Under the pieces are notes generated by a model that had not been told where the DNA came from, did not search any database, and saw only the letters and a program-made list of their open reading frames with translations. From assembly GCA_943787175.1 (NCBI GenBank), contig CALSLK010000021.1, positions 9,482-73,481 on the forward strand: 64,000 nucleotides of DNA. Direction: 5' to 3'. The translations under genes and the position numbers were made by a program. This DNA is from an uncultured Alphaproteobacteria bacterium. Lineage in GTDB: Bacteria > Pseudomonadota > Alphaproteobacteria > SP197. Positions 1-10,834 of the stretch are shown in pieces (position 1 is the first letter of the stretch; every line of letters begins with the position of its first letter).

Positions 1-31
1 GACCGTCTGTGGCGGTTTCGGTAACCTGCAT
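1..31 (-). CDS. tig: Trigger factor, N-terminal fragment (runs off window)
   Basis: Minus strand from 31 reads MQVTETATDG, the typical alphaproteobacterial trigger factor start; conserved position downstream of tRNA-Leu. Confidence 0.75.
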   Translation of the reverse strand, partial: MQVTETATDG

Positions 32-104
32 GAACTTGCCGTGTGTCAGGGGTTGGTCGGAACAGCAGTCTGGACTTGGAGCCGACGATAAGCGTGATCG
101 GAAT

Positions 105-189
105 TGGTGCGGGCGGAGGGACTTGAACCCCCACGACTTTCGTCACCAGATCCTAAATCTGGCGTGTCTACCAATTCCACCACGCCCGC
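105..189 (-). tRNA. tRNA-Leu(TAG)
   Basis: 85 nt GCGGGCGTGGTGGAATTGGTAGAC...CCAGA-TT-TAG-GA-TCTGG, long variable arm, GGTTCAAGTCC, CCA end. Confidence 0.97.
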
Positions 190-272
190 GCCGACCGTGA
201 CAAGGCCGTGCCTGCTGTCTGGGGCGGACCATATAGTATCGAATGCCTCCGCCCGCAACCGGCATAACGCCA

Positions 273-1669
273 TCACGAAGGCGCCCTGACGGATTTAGCC
301 AGCGTTCGCAGGTCACTTGATGCAGCAATTTTTCCTGTGGTGGCGAATTGTTCGTGGTTTCTGGCGATATCATCGAGCCTGTAGAGATAGTTGACCATCA
401 GCCCTGCAGATTCGCTCGTTCCCTTTGACGAAAGGTCGCCCATCCAGTTCAGACGCTCGATTCTGGCTCCATTTGTAAGATGGAAACGTGCCACGGGGTC
501 TACCGGGCGGTCCCCGCGCTTTTCATCCATCAGGTATCGCGCGGCAAGGGCAACAAGCTGTTGGCGCCAGGGTTTCAGGGCATCGGGCTGCGCGTTCTTC
601 AAGGCCTCCCGAAGGCCTGAACGCGCCTCTTCAGGTTTCAGACCGGCGGGAGCCAATGAGAGAGATTCCTCCTGTGACAGATAGCGATCCAGCCAACGCG
701 TGAATCCAGGCAGCGGGGAGAGGGTTGCGAAAGTTTTGAGGCCAGGCAGCTCGCGCGATAACTCATCGACAACCCGCTTGATCAGGAAATCACCCAGACT
801 GACCCCAGCCAGACCAGCCTGTGTGTTTGAGATCGAATAGAAGATTGCGGCGTCAGCCACACGCGCAGGAACCAACGGGGCATCAGGATCCAACAAGCGC
901 TGGACACTGTCAGCCATGCTTTCGACCAGCGCGACCTCGACAAAGATCAAGGGTTCGTCGGGCATGTTGGGATGGAAGAACGCAAAAAGCCTTCGATCGG
1001 TCTCCAGGCGGTTCTTGAGATCATCCCAACTCGTGATCTGGTGTACCGCCTCATAGGCAATCAGTTTTTCCAGCAGGGATGCGGGGCTGTCCCACGACAA
1101 GCTCCGCAACTCCAGAAAACCGACATCGAACCAGGCGAAAGCAAACGTCGCAGATCATCAGCAACGCGCACCAGAACAGGCTCCTCGCGACGACCGGCAA
1201 GCGCATCTGCACGCATATCGACAAGAAATTTCAAGCCGTCCGGCAACCCGTTGAACTGCGTGAACAGACTCATGCGCGGCGATTCCGTGGCATCGCGAAG
1301 CGATGTTGCCAAAGCACGCCGCGCCTCGCTGTCGCTTGCACCAAGAAATGCCTTGGCCTCACGCGCAACTTCTTCCACATCGATATCAAAATCTGTCGCC
1401 AGCATCGCAAGGAACCGTCGCCGGCCTTCAGTATCCAGATCCAGATAGGTGTGACCAAGATGTGCAGCACGGGCACGGGCCAAAGCCTCGCCTCCCCGCG
1501 CCTGGATGCATTCGGCAACCCTGCTTCGTAACCGGTCACGGTCATCGTCAGGAAGATTCGGCCTCACACCACCGGCCACTCGGACCAGCGTCGCATCCGC
1601 AATCTCCTGCCAGGCCCCAGACAACTGGGTCAGTGCCCGGTCCCAGAACCCTTCTCTTCGCTCCGTCAT
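273..1669 (-). CDS. mcd: Malonyl-CoA decarboxylase (one frameshift near 1137)
   Basis: ORFs 1061-1693 and 273-1109 join as ...LLS|AWFDVGFLELRSLSWDSPASLLEKLIAYEAVH; motifs FYSISNTQ, TLSPLPGF, DPVARFHLTNGA; ATG at 1669 overlaps the upstream stop. Confidence 0.9.
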
Positions 1670-3243
1670 GACGACCAGACCTTCAGTTGACACAGAACCA
1701 TAGGTAACAAATCGGGCAAGTCTTCGGCGATCAATCCGGGACCGCCTTCCTGGCCCACCGCACCATGGAGCCAGACCCCTGTTGCTGCAGCATCGAAGGC
1801 ACCCAGGCCCTGTGCAAGCAACCCACCAACAAAACCAGCCAGAACATCACCCGAGCCGGCTGTTGCCAGTTCCGGAGGAGCATTGGCGTTGATCAATGCA
1901 CGACCATCAGGGTGCGCGACGATAGTATCGGGCCCCTTCAGTACGACGACAGCACCGCATCGGATTGCAGCGGCGCGGGCATCGGCAAGGCGGTCGTCAG
2001 TTCGTTCGAACAGGCGTGCAAATTCACCCTCATGCGGCGTAAGCACGCACCGCTCGTGGAGGGCGGAGAACAGGACCTCAGGATCATCGGCAAACACGGA
2101 CAGAGCATCAGCATCCAACACAATTGGTTTTGCCGATTTCAACGCCTGCAAGACCTTGTTGCGCGTATCGTGGTCGAGCCCCTGCCCCGGGCCCAGAACA
2201 AGCGCCGTAACCCGACGCTCCGTCAACACTTGCCCAAAAGCATCCTGGTCGGGCAAGGGTTTGAGCATGACCGATGTCAGATGCGCTGCGTAGACCATCA
2301 CCGCAGAAGGCGGCACCGCACAGGTCACCAGGCCAGCTCCCACCCGAAGACCTGCACGTGCAGAAAGTCTGGCTGCACCGCTCGATGCAATCCCACCTCC
2401 GGCAACAACCAGATGTCCTCGCTGGTACTTGTGCGCATCCAGAACGGGCCACGGGAACCGATCGCCCCAGATATCCGGACCATTCTTGCCCACACACGCA
2501 TCGACCGTTTGCACGACCGAATCGGGAATTCCGATATCAGCCACGACGAGTTCTCCACAATGGCCCCGACCAGGAAAAAGGAGGTGACCGGGTTTTGCAC
2601 GACAGAACGTGACCGTCAGCTCGGCCATCACAGCGCCACCCAATACCTTGCCCGAGTTACCATCGACACCACTGGGAACATCCACAGCAACGCAGGGTGC
2701 AGTCAGCGAATCCAGAAAGCTTGTGACTTCGCCATCAAGCGGCCGCGACAGGCCGGCGCCAAACAGAGCATCCACAACAAGGTCCACGTCCACAGCGAGA
2801 CAAGATTGCAGAGGCTCAACCTCTCGCTTCCAGAGCCCGGCAATCGTCGCGGCATCACCGGCAAGCCTGTCCACCGCACCATAGGAAAAAGCCCGGACAA
2901 CCCATCCTGCCTCTTCCAGCAGGCGAGCGATGACATATCCGTCACCGCCGTTGTTACCTGGTCCGCAAAGCACGCTGACACGGCCGGGTTTCCAGCGATG
3001 GCAGATCTCGCGCACTACCGCGGCACCCGCACGTTCCATAAGAACATGGCCGGGCGTGCCTAATGCAATGGTCTCCGCATCCGCCTGAGCCATTTGCTCG
3101 ACAGTCAAAAGAAATTCTGAGTTTGGAAACACCTCGGCTCTCACGAAAGCTCCTGGGGGCTTTCGGTCAAGGTGCAGCCACATGGGTTGCTTCGGTTCCT
3201 GTCCATTCTCATGTCTTACAGTCCCGTTCTTCAGCCATCCCAA
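1666..3243 (-). CDS. nnr: Bifunctional NAD(P)HX epimerase/dehydratase (YjeF/Nnr); true start probably near 3132
   Basis: LMERAG, CGPGNNGGDG, DALFGAG, DVPSG, HKYQRG, LDADAL, TPHEGEF, LATAGSGDVLAG. Confidence 0.95.
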   Translation of the reverse strand: MGWLKNGTVRHENGQEPKQPMWLHLDRKPPGAFVRAEVFPNSEFLLTVEQMAQADAETIALGTPGHVLMERAGAAVVREICHRWKPGRVSVLCGPGNNGGDGYVIARLLEEAGWVVRAFSYGAVDRLAGDAATIAGLWKREVEPLQSCLAVDVDLVVDALFGAGLSRPLDGEVTSFLDSLTAPCVAVDVPSGVDGNSGKVLGGAVMAELTVTFCRAKPGHLLFPGRGHCGELVVADIGIPDSVVQTVDACVGKNGPDIWGDRFPWPVLDAHKYQRGHLVVAGGGIASSGAARLSARAGLRVGAGLVTCAVPPSAVMVYAAHLTSVMLKPLPDQDAFGQVLTERRVTALVLGPGQGLDHDTRNKVLQALKSAKPIVLDADALSVFADDPEVLFSALHERCVLTPHEGEFARLFERTDDRLADARAAAIRCGAVVVLKGPDTIVAHPDGRALINANAPPELATAGSGDVLAGFVGGLLAQGLGAFDAAATGVWLHGAVGQEGGPGLIAEDLPDLLPMVLCQLKVWSS

Positions 3244-4695
3244 TCATCCGCCTTTGTTGGACGAAACGTTTTCCTTGTAGGCATCCAGTGCTCGTTGTCT
3301 GGCGGTTGCATGGTCTACGCAAGGTTCAGGATAGGTTACGCCCAAAGCAACGCCAGCAGCTAAAAGTTCCGCTGGAGGTGCTGACCACGGCTCATGAATT
3401 TCATGGTCCGATAATGCCGCAAGCTCTGGCACCCAGGTTCGGATATACGTCCCCTTTGCATCGAACTTCCGCGACTGCGTCATTGGATTGAAGATGCGAA
3501 AAAAGGGCGCCGCATCGGCACCACAGCCAGCAACCCATTGCCACCCGGCACTGTTGCTGGCGAGATCCGCATCAACCAACGTGTCCCAGAACCAGCGTTC
3601 ACCATGGCGCCAGTCGATCAGGAGATGTTTGGTGAGAAAGGACGCCACAACCATACGCACGCGATTGTGCATCCAGCCGGTTTGCCAAAGCTGACGCATG
3701 CCTGCATCGATCAGGGGATATCCGGTCTGGCCCTGCTGCCAGCGCGCCAGGCCTTCGGGATCGTCCCGCCAGGGCATGGCATCAAACTCGGCCTTCAGAT
3801 TTTTGTCCGGGAGAGTCGGGTTGTGGAAGAGCAGCTGATGGCAGAACTCGCGCCAGCCAACCTCCTTCAGGAAGGTCTCTATGCCTTCGTTAGGTTCGCG
3901 CGCTTCAACGGCATGCCAGATCTGGCGCGGACTAATCTCACCGAAATGAAGATGCGGTGACAGCATAGAAGTTCCATCGATTCCGGGCAGGTCTCGATCC
4001 TGTTTGTAGGAGGTGCCTGCTACATCGAGAAACGCGACAAGGCGTTCACGTGCGGCGGCCTCACCCACCTTCCAGGTCTCAAGCAGACCACCGGCCCAGT
4101 CTGGCTTGGAAGGTTGCAGATTCCAGGAATCAAGATCGTCAGACACGGGCCATTTACCAGCGAGCGAACGCAATTGGTCCGGCCTCTCGATGCCTGCAGC
4201 GACAGATTTCTGGCGGCAGGCGCGCCAAAACGGTGTGAAAACACGGTAGGGCGAATCCGATCCCGTTCGTATCTCCCAGGGTTCAAACAGGACTGAGCCC
4301 TGAAACGAGTCGGCCCTACACTCAGCCTGGTGAAGTGACTTCTTGAGTGCGGCATCTCGTTCCAACGTCGATGGGTCGTAACAACGGTTCCAGACCACTC
4401 CGGACGCCCTGGTCGCTTCCACGAGTGAGGCGATAACCGAATGTACCTGGCCACGACGCAGGATCAGACGTGAACCCAGCCCCGCCAGGTCGCGCTGCAA
4501 GGCCTCAAGACTTGCATGCAGCCACCACCTGTTTGCCGCTCCGGGGCACCAGTCTTCAAGGTCATCGTCATCCAGTATGAAGACCGGAATCACGTCGAGA
4601 CCGGTTTCAACGGCATGAGCAAGCGCAGGATGATCGCTCAAGCGCAGATCGCGCCGGAACCAGACCAGCACCGGGCCATCAGAAGAATTCACCAA
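3244..4695 (-). CDS. phrB: Deoxyribodipyrimidine photolyase (class I CPD)
   Basis: WFRRDLRLSDHPAL, SMLSPHLHFGEIS, GWREF, GWMHNRVRMVVASFL, DAAPFFRIFNP. Confidence 0.95.
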   Translation of the reverse strand: MVNSSDGPVLVWFRRDLRLSDHPALAHAVETGLDVIPVFILDDDDLEDWCPGAANRWWLHASLEALQRDLAGLGSRLILRRGQVHSVIASLVEATRASGVVWNRCYDPSTLERDAALKKSLHQAECRADSFQGSVLFEPWEIRTGSDSPYRVFTPFWRACRQKSVAAGIERPDQLRSLAGKWPVSDDLDSWNLQPSKPDWAGGLLETWKVGEAAARERLVAFLDVAGTSYKQDRDLPGIDGTSMLSPHLHFGEISPRQIWHAVEAREPNEGIETFLKEVGWREFCHQLLFHNPTLPDKNLKAEFDAMPWRDDPEGLARWQQGQTGYPLIDAGMRQLWQTGWMHNRVRMVVASFLTKHLLIDWRHGERWFWDTLVDADLASNSAGWQWVAGCGADAAPFFRIFNPMTQSRKFDAKGTYIRTWVPELAALSDHEIHEPWSAPPAELLAAGVALGVTYPEPCVDHATARQRALDAYKENVSSNKGG

Positions 4696-4703
4696 TCTGG
4701 AAG

Positions 4704-5402
4704 TCAGGAAGCCTCGCCGCCCTGGGCCAGTTTTTCAATGTGGCGCCGGTCGATGATGTAAAGTGTGCGGTGCCTGCGCTTCACAATACCGACGTTCGTG
4801 AGCTGACCGATCGCACGGGCTACGGTATCGGTTGTGGTTCCCGCCCAGATGGCGATTTCCTTGTGCATTGGAATCGTGGGGATTTGCCAACTACCATCCG
4901 CCGAAGGGGAAGGCTCGGCCATCCTCAGAAGCTCGTCGTAGACACGCTGAATGCCCGACTTGGTGCTGAGATCAACTACGCGATCATTGGAACCGCGCAT
5001 GATGCGCGCAAAGTCCCGCAGCAGGTTGATTGCGACACCCGAATCCAGTCGCAAGACCTCAAGCATGACAGCTCTGGGAACCGATGCGGTAATGCATGCG
5101 ACGACCGCAACAATCGTTGCTGAGCGTTCACCACCATCTACCAGAGAGAGTTCACCGAAATGCCCTCCGGCATCAACGTCGGCAAAAGCAATCTCCTGGC
5201 CCGATGCAGCGTGAATAAGAACACGCGCAGACCCTTCGACCAGAAAAATAAAATCCGTAGCCGGGTCACCGCGCACACAAATTTGCTCGCCTGCCTCATA
5301 CGCGTACCAGCTCGATGCCGCCTCAACGCCAGCAACAGTCCTGCTTTGGACCTCTTCAAGGACACTGCAATGTCCCAATCTCCGAGGTTCTGCTTCCTGC
5401 AT
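4704..5402 (-). CDS. Crp/Fnr family transcriptional regulator
   Basis: cNMP-binding FGELSLVDGGERSAT and C-terminal HTH (HKEIAIWAGTTTDTVAR). Confidence 0.9.
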   Translation of the reverse strand: MQEAEPRRLGHCSVLEEVQSRTVAGVEAASSWYAYEAGEQICVRGDPATDFIFLVEGSARVLIHAASGQEIAFADVDAGGHFGELSLVDGGERSATIVAVVACITASVPRAVMLEVLRLDSGVAINLLRDFARIMRGSNDRVVDLSTKSGIQRVYDELLRMAEPSPSADGSWQIPTIPMHKEIAIWAGTTTDTVARAIGQLTNVGIVKRRHRTLYIIDRRHIEKLAQGGEAS

Positions 5403-5584
5403 GATCCACCCAATCCCGAAAAATTCGAGCCCCTGGTACGATTATGCGTGTAGTTAAAACGCAGGGCCATCGCTATTCCTACACCTACTCGCCTTCTGGT
5501 AGTACAACACGGTACGTTTTGCAAAGAAGTCTTTACAAACCCGAAGTGTCAAAAAGCACGCTAATCCAGAGAGCATGAGGGAAA

Positions 5585-5661
5585 TGGTCGGAGCGGCAGG
5601 ATTTGAACCTGCGACCTACGGTCCCCCAGACCGTTGCGCTACCAGGCTGCGCTACGCTCCG
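5585..5661 (-). tRNA. tRNA-Pro(GGG)
   Basis: CGGAGCGTAGCGCAGCCTGGTAGCGC, anticodon arm ACGGT-CT-GGG-GG-ACCGT, GGTTCAAATCC, CCA. Confidence 0.97.
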
Positions 5662-5710
5662 TCCTGATGGTTAAAGCCTTCAGAAAAGCTTTCCATATCG
5701 CTCACATATC

Positions 5711-6163
5711 TCAAGCGCGCGCCGCCAGCAACCGCCGACATGCCTCCAATTCGGCAATTGCCTTCTTTATCGCGTCTCTGTCCCCAGAACTGCGGGGGCG
5801 CGTTGTTGCTTCAGTGGCGGCTCCAGGCTCTGGAGTCTGCGGCACCGCTTCAGCCTGCTCGTTCTGAAGCGCGGCAACGCCACCATGACGCATCAAGCGC
5901 TGGACGCCCTTGATCGTATAACCTTCGGTGTAGAGCAGACGCTTGATCTGGCGCAGAAGTTCGATGTCTTCAGGACGGTAATAGCGCCGTCCGCCGCCGC
6001 GCTTTAGCGGCCGAATCTGATGGAACTTTGTTTCCCAGAATCTCAGGACATGCTGAGCAACATCAAGCTCGTCAGCGACCTCGCTGATCGTACGGAACGC
6101 GGCCTTTGATTTGGACCCGCGCCGACTGCTGCCCGTTGTGCGCTCACCTGCCTGTGCGACCAT
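5711..6163 (-). CDS. MerR family transcriptional regulator
   Basis: [23 protein letters not shown]...GGRRYYRP...GYTIKGVQ; conserved position after ihfA. Confidence 0.93.
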   Translation of the reverse strand: MVAQAGERTTGSSRRGSKSKAAFRTISEVADELDVAQHVLRFWETKFHQIRPLKRGGGRRYYRPEDIELLRQIKRLLYTEGYTIKGVQRLMRHGGVAALQNEQAEAVPQTPEPGAATEATTRPRSSGDRDAIKKAIAELEACRRLLAARA

Positions 6164-6165
6164 GG

Positions 6166-6480
6166 TCAGCCGTTGCCACGATCAGGATGATCGTCGTTGA
6201 TCTGGTCTTTTAGAACATGCGATGCCCGGAACACCAAAACCCGGCGGGGCAGAATGGGAACCTCTTCACCGGTCTTGAGATTACGTCCAACCCGTTGCGC
6301 CTTCTCCCGAACGGAGAAACTACCAAACGATGAGATCTTTACCGTGTGGCCATCTGCAAGCGTGTCGGAGATCTCCCCCAGCACCGATTCCACCAGTTCG
6401 GCGGACTCGCTGCGCGAGAGCCCAACCTCGTGGTAAACCGCCTCAGTAAGGTCGGCTCGGGTCATGGTCTTGTCAGCCAT
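6166..6480 (-). CDS. ihfA: Integration host factor subunit alpha
   Basis: [42 protein letters not shown]; fabH-ihfA-merR synteny. Confidence 0.95.
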   Translation of the reverse strand: MADKTMTRADLTEAVYHEVGLSRSESAELVESVLGEISDTLADGHTVKISSFGSFSVREKAQRVGRNLKTGEEVPILPRRVLVFRASHVLKDQINDDHPDRGNG

Positions 6481-6512
6481 GCGCTAGATGTCTCCTATCC
6501 CCTTAAGGTGAT

Positions 6513-6541
6513 AGGCTAACTGCAAGGAGAAAATCAGTCAA
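6513..6541 (-). promoter_or_regulatory. Putative sigma70 promoter of ihfA
   Basis: Minus strand TTGACT (6541-6536), 17-nt spacer, TAGCCT (6518-6513). Confidence 0.55.
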
Positions 6542-6554
6542 TATCAACTGGTTG
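6542..6554 (+). promoter_or_regulatory. Putative IHF binding site
   Basis: TATCAACTGGTTG matches WATCAANNNNTTR exactly and abuts the predicted -35 of ihfA. Confidence 0.5.
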
Positions 6555-6616
6555 CGTCTGATCGCTTAGATCAAACAAGATAGGCTTAGGTCGCGTTGTT
6601 AACGTAAAGAGTCAAG

Positions 6617-7594
6617 TTACCAACGTACCATGGCTGATCCCCAGGTGAAGCCGCCACCCATGGCTTCCAACAGCACCATGTCGCCCCGCTTGATACGGCC
6701 ATCGCCCGTGGCTTCTGCGAGAGCTAGCGGTATCGAAGCGGCCGACGTGTTGGCGTGACGGTCAATGGTGATGACGACCCGCTCGTCGGTCATACCCAGC
6801 TTGCGCGCTGTTGCGTCAATGATGCGACGGTTCGCCTGGTGTGGAACCAGCCAATCAATATCTTCTTTCGCAAGCCCGTTGGCTTCCAGTGCCTCGTCGA
6901 CAGCCTGAGCCAGATTGACGACAGCGTGCTTGAAGACCTCCCGGCCTTCCATGCGCAACTGACCAACCTGCTGATTGGTCGATGGCCCACCGTCGACATA
7001 GAGCATTTTGGTATGATTGCCGTCGGCATGAAGGTGGGTCGAAAGGATGCCACGATCAGCAGACGTGCCCTCACCTACTCCCGGCTGCAAGACGACCGCT
7101 CCGGCACCGTCTCCAAACAGGACACAGGTACCACGGTCACTCCAGTCGAGTATGCGCGAGAAAGTCTCGGCTCCGATTACCAGCGCACCCTGCGACTGTC
7201 CAAGACGCACAAAGTTGTCGGCAACGGCCAGCGCATAGACGAATCCGGTGCAAACGGCCTGAACATCAAAGGCAGCACCCTTGGAAACACCCAGGTTGGC
7301 CTGAACCTGAGCCGCCGTTGCAGGAAATGTCAGATCGGGGGTCGCGGTCGCCACGATGATAAGGTCGATGTCATCAGCGGTGACCCCAGCATGATCCATG
7401 GCTCGCCTGGCAGCGCGCGTCGCCAGGTCGGATGTTGGCTGACCGTCTGCGGCGATATGGCGCTGTCGAATGCCCGTACGCGACTGGATCCATTCATCGG
7501 TTGTATCGATCTGCTCAGCCAACTCCGCGTTGGTCAGGCAGCGTTCGGGAAGATAGGAGCCAGAGCCAACGATGTATGAGCGGATGATGGTCAC
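6617..7594 (-). CDS. fabH: Beta-ketoacyl-ACP synthase III
   Basis: [39 protein letters not shown]. Confidence 0.97.
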   Translation of the reverse strand: MTIIRSYIVGSGSYLPERCLTNAELAEQIDTTDEWIQSRTGIRQRHIAADGQPTSDLATRAARRAMDHAGVTADDIDLIIVATATPDLTFPATAAQVQANLGVSKGAAFDVQAVCTGFVYALAVADNFVRLGQSQGALVIGAETFSRILDWSDRGTCVLFGDGAGAVVLQPGVGEGTSADRGILSTHLHADGNHTKMLYVDGGPSTNQQVGQLRMEGREVFKHAVVNLAQAVDEALEANGLAKEDIDWLVPHQANRRIIDATARKLGMTDERVVITIDRHANTSAASIPLALAEATGDGRIKRGDMVLLEAMGGGFTWGSAMVRW

Positions 7595-8640
7595 GAGTTT
7601 ACCGCTTCAACAGGCACACCAGAGAACTGTCCGAGCAATTCCACGTCCTTGATGACCTTCTCGTTGAAACCCTGGGTCAGCATATCGACGGCAAAACCGA
7701 TGGCATTGGCATATCCCTGGGCATCCGTACCGCCATGGCTCTTCACAGCCACGCCATTGAGGCCCAGAAACATGCCGCCATTGTACTGGCGTGGATCGAC
7801 CCGGTTCTTGAGAGCGTTCAACGCCGGCTTGGCAAGCCAGTAGCCCAGCTTCGAAAAGAGCGATCGTCGGAACGTCGCGCGCAGGAAATCGCTGTACATG
7901 CTCGCGGTACCCTCAGCAGTTTTGAGTGCAATGTTCCCGCTGAATCCATCGGCAACGACCACATCAACCGTGCCTTCGGTGATATCGTTGCCCTCAACAA
8001 ACCCATAGAACTCGAGAGGCAATTCGGCATTGCGGAGAATTTCGGCAGCTCGCCGAATCTCCTCATGTCCCTTGCTCTCTTCACTACCCACATTCAGCAA
8101 GCCGACAATCGGGCGACGCTGCCCCTGGATGCTGCGAGCAAAGGCAGCTCCCATAACAGCAAACTGCACGAGATTATCGGCATCACAGTCGATGTTCGCA
8201 CCAAGGTCGAGCATGACCGATTGGCCACGCTGAGTGGGGAACGTTGATGCAATGGCAGGACGATTGATCCCGGGCAAGGTGCGCAGCGCCAGTTTTGCCA
8301 TGGCCATCAATGCGCCGGTGTTGCCCGCTGAGACAACGCCAGAGGCTTTGCCCATCTTTACGTCGTCAATGGCCATGCGCATGCTGGATTTGCCACCGCG
8401 GCGCAAAGCCTGAGACGGCTTCATATCCGGCTCAATGACCATCTCGGCGTCGATGATCTCACTGACACCGTCAAGCTTGGGGAATCGCTTCAGGAGTTTT
8501 TCCAGCTTCTCGCGCTGACCGAACAGTCGAAACTGCGTGTCAGGGTAACGCACGCGCGCAACATTTGCGCCTGCGACAACGATTTCTGGCGCACGATCAC
8601 CACCCATGGCGTCCAGTGCAATCACATGGGCAGATGTCAT
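7591..8640 (-). CDS. plsX: Phosphate acyltransferase PlsX
   Basis: [39 protein letters not shown]; start placed at MTSAHV. Confidence 0.96.
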   Translation of the reverse strand: MTSAHVIALDAMGGDRAPEIVVAGANVARVRYPDTQFRLFGQREKLEKLLKRFPKLDGVSEIIDAEMVIEPDMKPSQALRRGGKSSMRMAIDDVKMGKASGVVSAGNTGALMAMAKLALRTLPGINRPAIASTFPTQRGQSVMLDLGANIDCDADNLVQFAVMGAAFARSIQGQRRPIVGLLNVGSEESKGHEEIRRAAEILRNAELPLEFYGFVEGNDITEGTVDVVVADGFSGNIALKTAEGTASMYSDFLRATFRRSLFSKLGYWLAKPALNALKNRVDPRQYNGGMFLGLNGVAVKSHGGTDAQGYANAIGFAVDMLTQGFNEKVIKDVELLGQFSGVPVEAVNS

Positions 8641-8677
8641 GATGTCAACGCGAACCTCACGAATGGGGCCGGAAGGA

Positions 8678-8863
8678 TCAGATGCTGCCCTTGGGCTCCG
8701 TGACCTCTCGGTCGCGGTAGAAGCCGCAGGACGAACACACATGATGCGGCAGCTTGATTTCGCCGCAGTTGGGGCATTCGTTAATGGACGCCGCAACCAA
8801 CGAATGGTGCGAGCGACGATTGTCCCGCCTGGAACGGGAAACTTTCTTCTTTGGGACCGCCAT
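8678..8863 (-). CDS. rpmF: 50S ribosomal protein L32
   Basis: [13 protein letters not shown]...CPNCGE...HHVCSSCG. Confidence 0.97.
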   Translation of the reverse strand: MAVPKKKVSRSRRDNRRSHHSLVAASINECPNCGEIKLPHHVCSSCGFYRDREVTEPKGSI

Positions 8864-8936
8864 GGTTTGCGTCTCTACTTCAGAATTGGAGGATTTCTGG
8901 GGCTATATCAGGCTTTTCGGAGCCCGACAAGCATGC

Positions 8937-9467
8937 TCATCCGTCTAGCTTGAGACCTTTGAGCGCAGCGAAGGGATTATCACGCTTAGGAGCTTCAACC
9001 TCAACATATCTGGGGTCGATCGAGGCACCCTTGGCACGCGGGTAAGGATCAAGTGCCAGGCCCAACTGTTCTGCGACCATCTTGCCAAGGTCGATGACGT
9101 CATCGACCAGAGGTTCAGGCGGATCTTCACTGCCGGGATCAAGATCGATGGTCTCGTCGAACTCACCAGATGGGCGCACATCAGGGTCAAATGCACGTGT
9201 GTAAGTTTCCTCAACCGTCAGCTTCAGAGGCTGTAGAGAAACGACACAGGTCTGTTCAATGCGCGCCGTCACTTCCGTTTCGGCAAGAACCTGTCTGCCA
9301 TGGCGTTTCAGAAGGATGTCGGCATGCAGGCTTTCAACCCCGGCAATAGAAAACCAACCCGCCAAAGCCTGACATTCTTCGGCATCAGCATCGATGGATT
9401 GTCTCTGGTAATCACCATCTTCCAGATCGAGGACGCTGACTAGACGTGAAAATTCTATGTCGTTCAT
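8937..9467 (-). CDS. yceD: DUF177/YceD family protein
   Basis: QTCVVSL, IDLG, LALDPYPR, NPFAALKGLK; upstream of rpmF. Confidence 0.9.
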   Translation of the reverse strand: MNDIEFSRLVSVLDLEDGDYQRQSIDADAEECQALAGWFSIAGVESLHADILLKRHGRQVLAETEVTARIEQTCVVSLQPLKLTVEETYTRAFDPDVRPSGEFDETIDLDPGSEDPPEPLVDDVIDLGKMVAEQLGLALDPYPRAKGASIDPRYVEVEAPKRDNPFAALKGLKLDG

Positions 9468-9539
9468 GAAGACTATCCGCTGCAAGGCGAAACCATGTTC
9501 CGCGTCGTCTGATTCAATATGGAGGTTTGTCGTCAAACC

Positions 9540-10091
9540 TCAATCTGTGGATGCATGGCCAGGACTGACAAGCGTCAGATCACCAGCCAATAGTGCATCG
9601 TCAGGCTGACTGTCCAGATGCGCTTCCTGGCCACGGACATAGGCCTCAAAGACAGTCAGATGATCTTCCTTGGCTTCGACGGTTCCGAACGTATTGCGCC
9701 GCAGGGCCTCTTTAAGGGCATCAGACTCCGCTCCATCAGCCAAAGCGGCGTTGAGCGCGGCTGCGCGCCCGTAAAAGGCCTGGCCCATCTGCTTGATGCG
9801 CGAACCGACTTTGAGGTCACCCACCCCGATCTGGCGCAACGCGCTGTCAAAGTCTGCGAACATCAGGTCAAACAGGGATTGTGCCGCCTCTGCACCACCC
9901 TCCTCGATCCGACGCAGGCGGCGCATAATCAGCAAACCGTGCAACACATTCATTTCGAAGCGGCCATCCAATGTGTCGGGCACACCAAGATCGGCAAAGA
10001 ACACAGGTTCACGCGCCCGCTCGACCATGGTGTCATAGAGCCGGTGTGTGGATTCATCGAAACGCGAACGAGAAAGCAGGCGTCGAAGCAT
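9540..10091 (-). CDS. Ubiquinol-cytochrome c chaperone (Cbp3-like)
   Basis: GVPDTLDGRFEM, LRQIGVGD, AFYGR; conserved position opposite bamE. Confidence 0.9.
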   Translation of the reverse strand: MLRRLLSRSRFDESTHRLYDTMVERAREPVFFADLGVPDTLDGRFEMNVLHGLLIMRRLRRIEEGGAEAAQSLFDLMFADFDSALRQIGVGDLKVGSRIKQMGQAFYGRAAALNAALADGAESDALKEALRRNTFGTVEAKEDHLTVFEAYVRGQEAHLDSQPDDALLAGDLTLVSPGHASTD

Positions 10092-10218
10092 GGCGTCATG
10101 GGCCCGATAGCGGTATGGAAGCGTGTCTGATTGACAGGGAGCATCGGCTCCCGGCATCGTCCGCGCCTTGATTAGGTGCTAGAGGCCATGGGGTCAAATG
10201 ACACAGCAGGGTAAGAGG

Positions 10219-10710
10219 ATGCAGATTTCCAAAAAGGTAGCGCTGAAGGAAGGTGGTCGGAGCTTGATGATCGCCGTCGCCCTGGCTGCTGGCCTTGCTG
10301 CCTGTGAGCCGCGGATATCCACGCATGGCTATGTTCCCAATGAGCAGATCCTCAACCGTATCGAGCCCGGTCTTCATAACCGCCTCGAGGTGGCCCAGTT
10401 TCTTGGCACGCCGTCGTCGACGGCACTTTTTGGCGCAGAGACATGGCTTTACATCACAGCGCGGCGTGAAGAGTACGCGTTCTTCCGGCCCGAGATCATC
10501 GACCAAAGCGTCATCGCCATCGCGTTTGACGAGCGCGGAATCGTCCAGGAGATCGCGGGTTACACGCTGGAGGATGGCCTTATCGTCGATCCCATCTCAC
10601 GCACGACTCCGACCTACGGCAAGCAGCTGGGGCTGCTCGAGCAGCTGGTTGGCAATGTCGGACGCTTCAACACCGAAGGGCAGTCTGGTGTGTCGCTTCC
10701 CGGCCAGTAG
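10219..10710 (+). CDS. bamE: Outer membrane assembly lipoprotein BamE (SmpA/OmlA)
   Basis: Lipobox LAAC, HGY, LGTPS, WLY, FDERGIV, RTTPT. Confidence 0.92.
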   Translation: MQISKKVALKEGGRSLMIAVALAAGLAACEPRISTHGYVPNEQILNRIEPGLHNRLEVAQFLGTPSSTALFGAETWLYITARREEYAFFRPEIIDQSVIAIAFDERGIVQEIAGYTLEDGLIVDPISRTTPTYGKQLGLLEQLVGNVGRFNTEGQSGVSLPGQ

Positions 10711-10834
10711 GGAACACAGCTCAGTTCTCACATGAACAAACCACACCAAAATATTGTTTTAATTATGTTTTTATACTTATATCGTCTTTAGCTCAGAGGT
10801 CGATCAATCGATTGAGCATGGCTGGAAGTTCAAC

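Noticed and set aside
1130-1145. Split malonyl-CoA decarboxylase as two genes
   Set aside because: One missing base rejoins the conserved WFDVGFLEL motif; treated as a single gene with a probable error.
1765-3063. 432-aa plus-strand ORF
   Set aside because: Antisense shadow of nnr; no protein family features.
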